NCBI GenBank assembly: GCA_037917675.1
Contig: JAVCBW010000035.1
Coordinates: forward strand, 1-11,818
Direction: 5' to 3'
Origin: Thermoproteota archaeon
GTDB lineage: Archaea > Korarchaeota > Korarchaeia > B14-G2
DNA: 11,818 nt
Each line of letters starts with the position of its first letter. The stretch's first letter is position 1. This document shows positions 7,502-11,818 of the stretch, in pieces. A program made the translations under genes and the position numbers. The notes below the pieces were generated by a model that saw nothing but the letters and a program-made list of their open reading frames with translations, made no database searches and was not told where the DNA came from.

Positions 7502-8534
7502 ATGCTTGTGCTAGGTAGGAGTGAGCAGCGTGAGCTGGGTGAGAAGAGAGGGTGGCTTCTAATATATGGGCGTAGGAAGGTTGGGAAGTCTTTTCTCATT
7601 AGGAGAGCTTTCAAGTGGGATCTCTACATCACAGCTACTCGAGCTGGCGACGCTATTCTTGAGGAGGGCTGGAGAAGGATGAGCTAGCTGAGGGGTTAAG
7701 AGGGGGTTCACGCTTTAAAGGGGCGGGGTGTCGTTGTTTTAGACGAGTTTCAGCGGGTTTCTGAGTCTCATTGGGATGTTTTAGCGTTAGCACATCCAAA
7801 GGCAAGTTCGTCCTCGCTGGGTCTAGCTTCGGGATTGTAAGCAAGGTTTTCGACAGGAGAAGTCCTCTGCTAGGTTCTTGTATAACCCTTCCCAATGGGT
7901 ATTGTAAGCTATGCTGATGCTGCAGCTTCGCTTTTAAACATGGTTGGTGCACAGAGTGCTTTGCTCTGGGGTTTTTAGTTAGGGACACGTGGGTAATCTC
8001 CATGGTAAACCTTGGCAGAGCCCTATAGAGTTTTTGGTGGCTAATGCGCGCCAACTGGTGTCGTCTTGCACAGGGCTTGTGGGAGAGGTCTTTACTGAGA
8101 AGGAAAGATCTATAACAAATCTCTATGAAGCTATTTTGAGGTTGGTAGCTGAAGGATTGTGGAGGCCTCCCGAAATTGCTGGTCTACTTGCGTCGAGAGG
8201 GCTGCTGGCTGGAGGTGCTCCAGCAGTAACAGGTGTGTTAAACAAGCTTGCAAAAATGGGGCTAATCGACAAGCTAACACTTTGGAAGACTGGGAGAGCT
8301 AGAGTTTACTATAGGCACAAGTCTCCACTCTTATCTATCATCTACTACCTTGAGCAAAAGTTCGGGATAAGCGACAGCTATACAACCAATCCAGCTACGA
8401 CTAGAGCAGCCTTCGGAAGAGAAGTTGAGTACTGCATTGGAGAGCTACTAGCTCAGCGAGCAGGCGGAGAGTATGCGTACCATGTAACACCAAGAGAGGA
8501 GGCCGACATAATTATACTCCCGGAGCTACTGTAA
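7502..8534 (+). pseudogene. Archaeal P-loop ATPase with wHTH and truncated C-terminal domain; multiple frameshifts
   Basis: Walker A YGRRKVGKS; Walker B VVVLDEFQ (~7730-7753) in a separate fragment; frameshift near 7800 before KFVLAGSSFG...SPLLG; later fragment YEAILRLVAEGLWRPPEIA...LNKLAKMGLI (wHTH); ends abruptly after EEADIIIL. Confidence 0.85.
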
Positions 8535-8780
8535 GATTGAGTGTGGCTGCTTTACTTGTGCCATTACAGGGATGCTAGAGAGGTCGAAGTACAGAAGTAT
8601 TCTCCTCTTCGCTCCATACTGTCCTACTACTATAAGCTCTTCAGACCCACATACTGTATTGGGGTTGAGTTCGGAGAGGTATGTGTCTGCTGAAGCATAT
8701 ACGGTGATGGTTCTCGTTGCTGCCTTAGACTTGTAGAGTGGCGCTAGGGCTAGAGTCATCAGCGTTAGGATGAAGAGCAA
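8526..8780 (-). pseudogene. N-terminal fragment of a secreted DNRLRE-domain-like protein
   Basis: Signal-like LFILTLMTLALAPL, then ADTYLSELNPNTVCGSEELIVVG...RRILLYFDLSSIP; the expected next strand (SKAATLNLTV) is in another frame, and then the gene ends. Confidence 0.7.
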
Positions 8781-8940
8781 CGCTGCTTTCCTCGTGGCTG
8801 CTCTCCGCTATGGGAAACCCTTTGATTTAGAGAATTATCGACGCTGGGTCTAGCCTCCTAGTCTACCTAACTTTTTAATTACTGAGTGGGAATTGGGTTG
8901 AGGATGCTGACTAATAGAAGTGTTGTATTGTGGTGGTGTT

Positions 8941-10380
8941 TTGGGGCTGCGGACTCCTGAGGAGTATGTTGAGGGGCTTAAAAACCGTAGGAATGTTGAA
9001 ATCTATGCTTTTGGGGAGCTTGTAGACGATGTCGCTGAGCACCCCTTCCTTAAACCTACTGTCCGCTCTATGCTGGCTACGTTTGAGTTAGCCTTTAGCT
9101 CTGAGCATAGGGACCTGGCTCGAGCATGGTCTCCCTTCATCGAGAGCGAGGTCAATAGGTTTAACCATATCCATGAGAGCGTTGAGGACTTGGTTAAGAA
9201 GGTTAAGCTCCTGAGGGTGCTTAGCAGGAGGGTTGGCTCATGCTTTCAGAGGTGTGTAGGCTGGGATGCACTCAACACAGCTAGCATAATCACCTATAGG
9301 ATCGATGGGAGGCATGGGACAAGCTACTATGAGAGGTTCATAAGGTACCTGAAGTATGTCCAGGAGAGGGATCTAGTAGTTGCTGGAGCCATGACTGATG
9401 TCAAGGGGGATAGGAGGCTTAGGCCAAGTGAGCAGGTGGACCCTGACCTCTATGTGCATGTAGCTGAGAAGAGGGAGGATGGAGTTGTTGTGAGGGGGGC
9501 TAAGGCTAACATAACTGGTGTAGCTGCTTCAGATGAGATCTTTGTGATGCCTACTAGAGCTATGTCTGAGAGGGATAGAGACTATGCTCTGGTCTTTGCT
9601 ATACCAGTTGACACAGAGGGTGTTAAGCTCATCGTTGGTAGGCAGGTTAATGACACACGTAGGCTTGAGGGTGAGATAGATGGGCTCCCCTATCATGCTG
9701 CTCACGAGTGCCTCGTTGTATTCGACGACGTCTTCGTCCCATGGAGCAGAGTCTTCATGTGTGGAGAATGGGAGTTTGCTGGAAGCTTCGTTGAGACATT
9801 CGCTAGCTACCATAGGTATGGGTATGGTGGCTGTAAAGCTGGGCTCATCGATGTGGCTATTGGAGCATCTTACGCGCTCGCTGAGTACACTGGTGTAGCT
9901 GAGGCAAGCCATGTCCGTGACAAAATCACTGAAATGATCCTTCTAGCAGAATCAATGTATGCTGCTGGGCTAGCAGCAGCATATGAGGGCTCCAAGCAGG
10001 AGAGTGGAACCTACTGGGTCAACCCAGTCTATGCTAATGTAACTAAGCAGCTCGTAACCAGATACCCATATGAGGTAGCTAGGCTCACACATGACATCGC
10101 AGGCGGTATCATAGGGACCCTACCTAGCGAGAGGGACTGGAGGAGCCCGAAGCTACGCCCAGTACTCGAGAAGTACCTGAAGTGCACCGGGGAGAAGCCT
10201 GTAGAGTACAGGATCAGAATGCTTAGGCTCCTAGAGAACATGACATCCTCGACATCATTCCTCATTGAGAGCATGCATGGAGCTGGGTCACCTGAAGCCC
10301 AGAGGATCATGCTGAGAAGGCAGTATAGCCTAGAGGAGAGCAGAAAGACAGCTGAGAAGCTAGCTGGCCTATCAGCCTAG
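8941..10380 (+). CDS. abfD: 4-hydroxybutyryl-CoA dehydratase/vinylacetyl-CoA isomerase (FAD, [4Fe-4S]), crenarchaeal type
   Basis: Cluster-ligand motifs CFQRCVG and HRYGYGGCK; AMTDVKG; ESMHGAGSPEAQR. TTG 8941 follows GGTGGTG; the ORF is open from 8920. Confidence 0.92.
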   Translation: MGLRTPEEYVEGLKNRRNVEIYAFGELVDDVAEHPFLKPTVRSMLATFELAFSSEHRDLARAWSPFIESEVNRFNHIHESVEDLVKKVKLLRVLSRRVGSCFQRCVGWDALNTASIITYRIDGRHGTSYYERFIRYLKYVQERDLVVAGAMTDVKGDRRLRPSEQVDPDLYVHVAEKREDGVVVRGAKANITGVAASDEIFVMPTRAMSERDRDYALVFAIPVDTEGVKLIVGRQVNDTRRLEGEIDGLPYHAAHECLVVFDDVFVPWSRVFMCGEWEFAGSFVETFASYHRYGYGGCKAGLIDVAIGASYALAEYTGVAEASHVRDKITEMILLAESMYAAGLAAAYEGSKQESGTYWVNPVYANVTKQLVTRYPYEVARLTHDIAGGIIGTLPSERDWRSPKLRPVLEKYLKCTGEKPVEYRIRMLRLLENMTSSTSFLIESMHGAGSPEAQRIMLRRQYSLEESRKTAEKLAGLSA

Positions 10381-10618
10381 CCAGCTTTATGTGCTCGCTT
10401 GAGGGCTCCCAGGCCACTTAGGCTCTGGAGGAAGTCCTTGGGAAGCCTACCTCGAGATTCTATGGGCTGCAGCCTTCAGGTAGCTTTTCCTTAGCTCTAT
10501 GATGGAGCTGGGAAGCCAGCTGGCAGCCGAGTAGCCTTCCTCTGGCCTTATGGTGGCTGCTGGCGGAGAGCATGCTATGAGGCTAGCTGTAGTGGCGTAG
10601 CTGCACTGCTGTCTACCG

Positions 10619-10633
10619 GCAAGTTTAACTTGC
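10619..10633. promoter_or_regulatory. Inverted repeat overlapping a TATA-like element
   Basis: GCAAGTT-T-AACTTGC, about 30 bp upstream of ATG 10662. Confidence 0.5.
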
Positions 10634-10661
10634 TTCAGGGCTGCGGGGTTGCGGTGGCTGC

Positions 10662-11102
10662 ATGGCTATCCCCTATGAGGGGTTTTGGATCAATGCTTGG
10701 ATTGAGAGGAGGAGTGAGATCACTCCAAGCTGGGTTGCTTTAGCTGATGATGCTACTGGAGCTGATAGAAGGGTGACTTTCAGGGAGCTTAGTGATAGAG
10801 CTAAGCTTGTTGCAGGGTACATGCGTAGTGAGCTTAGCGTGGAGCGTGGGGACGTCGTAGCCATGCTGTCTTGGGGGAGGATTGAGGTCTTAGAGGTCCT
10901 CTTCGCCTGCTCTAGGGTTGGAGCCGTGTTCGCTCCACTGAACACTAGGCTAGCTGCCCTGGAGCTCATCGACTTAGCTAAGGACATACAGCCTAAGGTG
11001 CTCTTCTTCGAGAAGGAGCATGTGGGGAAGGCTGAGGCTATAGCTGATGCCCTCAAGGTTCCTAGGCTGATTCACATTGGAGGCGAGGGATTAGGAAGCT
11101 GA
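10662..11102 (+). pseudogene. N-terminal fragment of an AMP-forming acyl-CoA synthetase/ligase
   Basis: RVTFRELSDRA, VERGDVVAML, FACSRVGAVFAPLNTRL (AMP-binding family N-terminus). Stops at 146 aa before the TSG-T-TG P-loop, and a convergent gene ends at 11201, leaving no room for the rest. Confidence 0.85.
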
Positions 11103-11200
11103 GTTGACTTTTAGCAAGAAAGGTTAGAGAGAGGTGAAATCTTGGCGATACCAGTATACCAAGTTCAGCTTAAAAATCAAGGGAAGAGGTGTGCTTAAGG

Positions 11201-11644
11201 CTACCAGAGCTGCCTATTTTCACTCCTCCTCTTAACACCTGGATTGTCATCTTTAAGCCTCCAAACTCCTTCACCGATGTCCTCCAGTATAATGCCTAGC
11301 TCCCCAGCTAGCTTATCACTGATTAAGACTTCTCTTTCAATGCTTGAAATCATGGCATCACAGGGAACTTCTTCAGTATCTCTATCCTCTAAAGCTACTT
11401 TAACGCTAAGGGACTTTGGGACTACATACTTCGATGCTGGCCCTCCAGCTGTCTCTACACTCTTAGAGAAGGCTTCCTTAGGCAAGCTTGGCCAAAGCCC
11501 TAAAATCTCAGCTACCTTAATAGGTATTAGCAGTTTAGGTGTAAGCGCTTCAAAACCAGAGTTTACAAGAGCTATTACATCAACCTCCTTACCAGTAACC
11601 GCGCACTTAACTCTTAGCCTTACTCTTACAGCCAACCTCTTCAA
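11201..11644 (-). CDS. Retropepsin-like (clan AA aspartic protease fold) archaeal protein with Asn at the catalytic position
   Basis: ALVNSGF in place of ALxDTG; flap-like VETAGG; C-terminal EVLISDKL corresponding to the 'LIG..L' motif. Confidence 0.7.
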   Translation of the reverse strand: MKRLAVRVRLRVKCAVTGKEVDVIALVNSGFEALTPKLLIPIKVAEILGLWPSLPKEAFSKSVETAGGPASKYVVPKSLSVKVALEDRDTEEVPCDAMISSIEREVLISDKLAGELGIILEDIGEGVWRLKDDNPGVKRRSENRQLW

Positions 11645-11744
11645 CCTCTGATATATGCCCTATCCTCTCCCCATGCACCTCTGATATATGCCCTATCCTC
11701 TCCCCATGCACCTCTGATATATGCCCTATCCTCTCCCCATGCAC
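11644..11744. repeat. Perfect 3x33-bp tandem repeat
   Basis: ACCTCTGATATATGCCCTATCCTCTCCCCATGC at 11644, 11677 and 11710, with no spacers. Confidence 0.97.
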
Positions 11745-11782
11745 TGAAATAGTACACACCTAAAAGTTACTGTGGAGAGGGT

Positions 11783-11793
11783 TATATAAACTT
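11783..11793 (-). promoter_or_regulatory. BRE/TATA-like promoter for the retropepsin-like unit
   Basis: Minus strand reads AAGTTTATATA, about 40 bp upstream of the repeat block. Confidence 0.6.
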
Positions 11794-11818
11794 GTGTGTA
11801 ATGCGAGAATCTCAATTA

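Noticed and set aside
8920-10380. 4-hydroxyphenylacetate 3-monooxygenase (HpaB)
   Set aside because: Same fold family, but the [4Fe-4S] ligand motifs and HGAGSP point to AbfD
10381-10610. GC-rich intergenic region as an ncRNA or tRNA
   Set aside because: No cloverleaf, T-loop or clear C/D box pair; only short AGCT-type palindromes typical of this sequence
6434-11651. ORFs 6434-6757, 6449-6658, 7064-7267, 7653-8054, 9529-9912, 9680-9898, 10029-10310, 10673-11056 and 11244-11651
   Set aside because: They overlap better-supported genes or promoter regions and show no family motifs
11644-11744. 33-bp repeats as a CRISPR array
   Set aside because: The units are directly adjacent with no spacers, and there are no cas genes in the window

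Overview
Archaeal DNA, probably from a Thermoproteota-type lineage (inferred from TATA/SD-like signals, gene families and a crenarchaeal-type abfD). It begins with a 1419-aa membrane-anchored protein: two Ig-like repeats, a CARDB domain, a Pro/Thr linker, a TM helix, then about 965 aa with two internally homologous beta-domains around a long coiled coil and a Gly-rich hydrophobic segment. An accessory island follows. It holds two paralogous coiled-coil/TM micro-proteins built on 21-bp heptad repeats around a decayed MNT-HEPN pair, an intact vapBC, and a frameshifted archaeal ATPase joined tail-to-tail to a truncated DNRLRE-like gene. After the island come an intact 4-hydroxybutyryl-CoA dehydratase (abfD), a truncated acyl-CoA ligase, and a retropepsin-like gene preceded by a perfect 3x33-bp tandem repeat. 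I see no rRNA, tRNA, CRISPR array or transposase. All family calls are from motif recognition by eye, not database searches.
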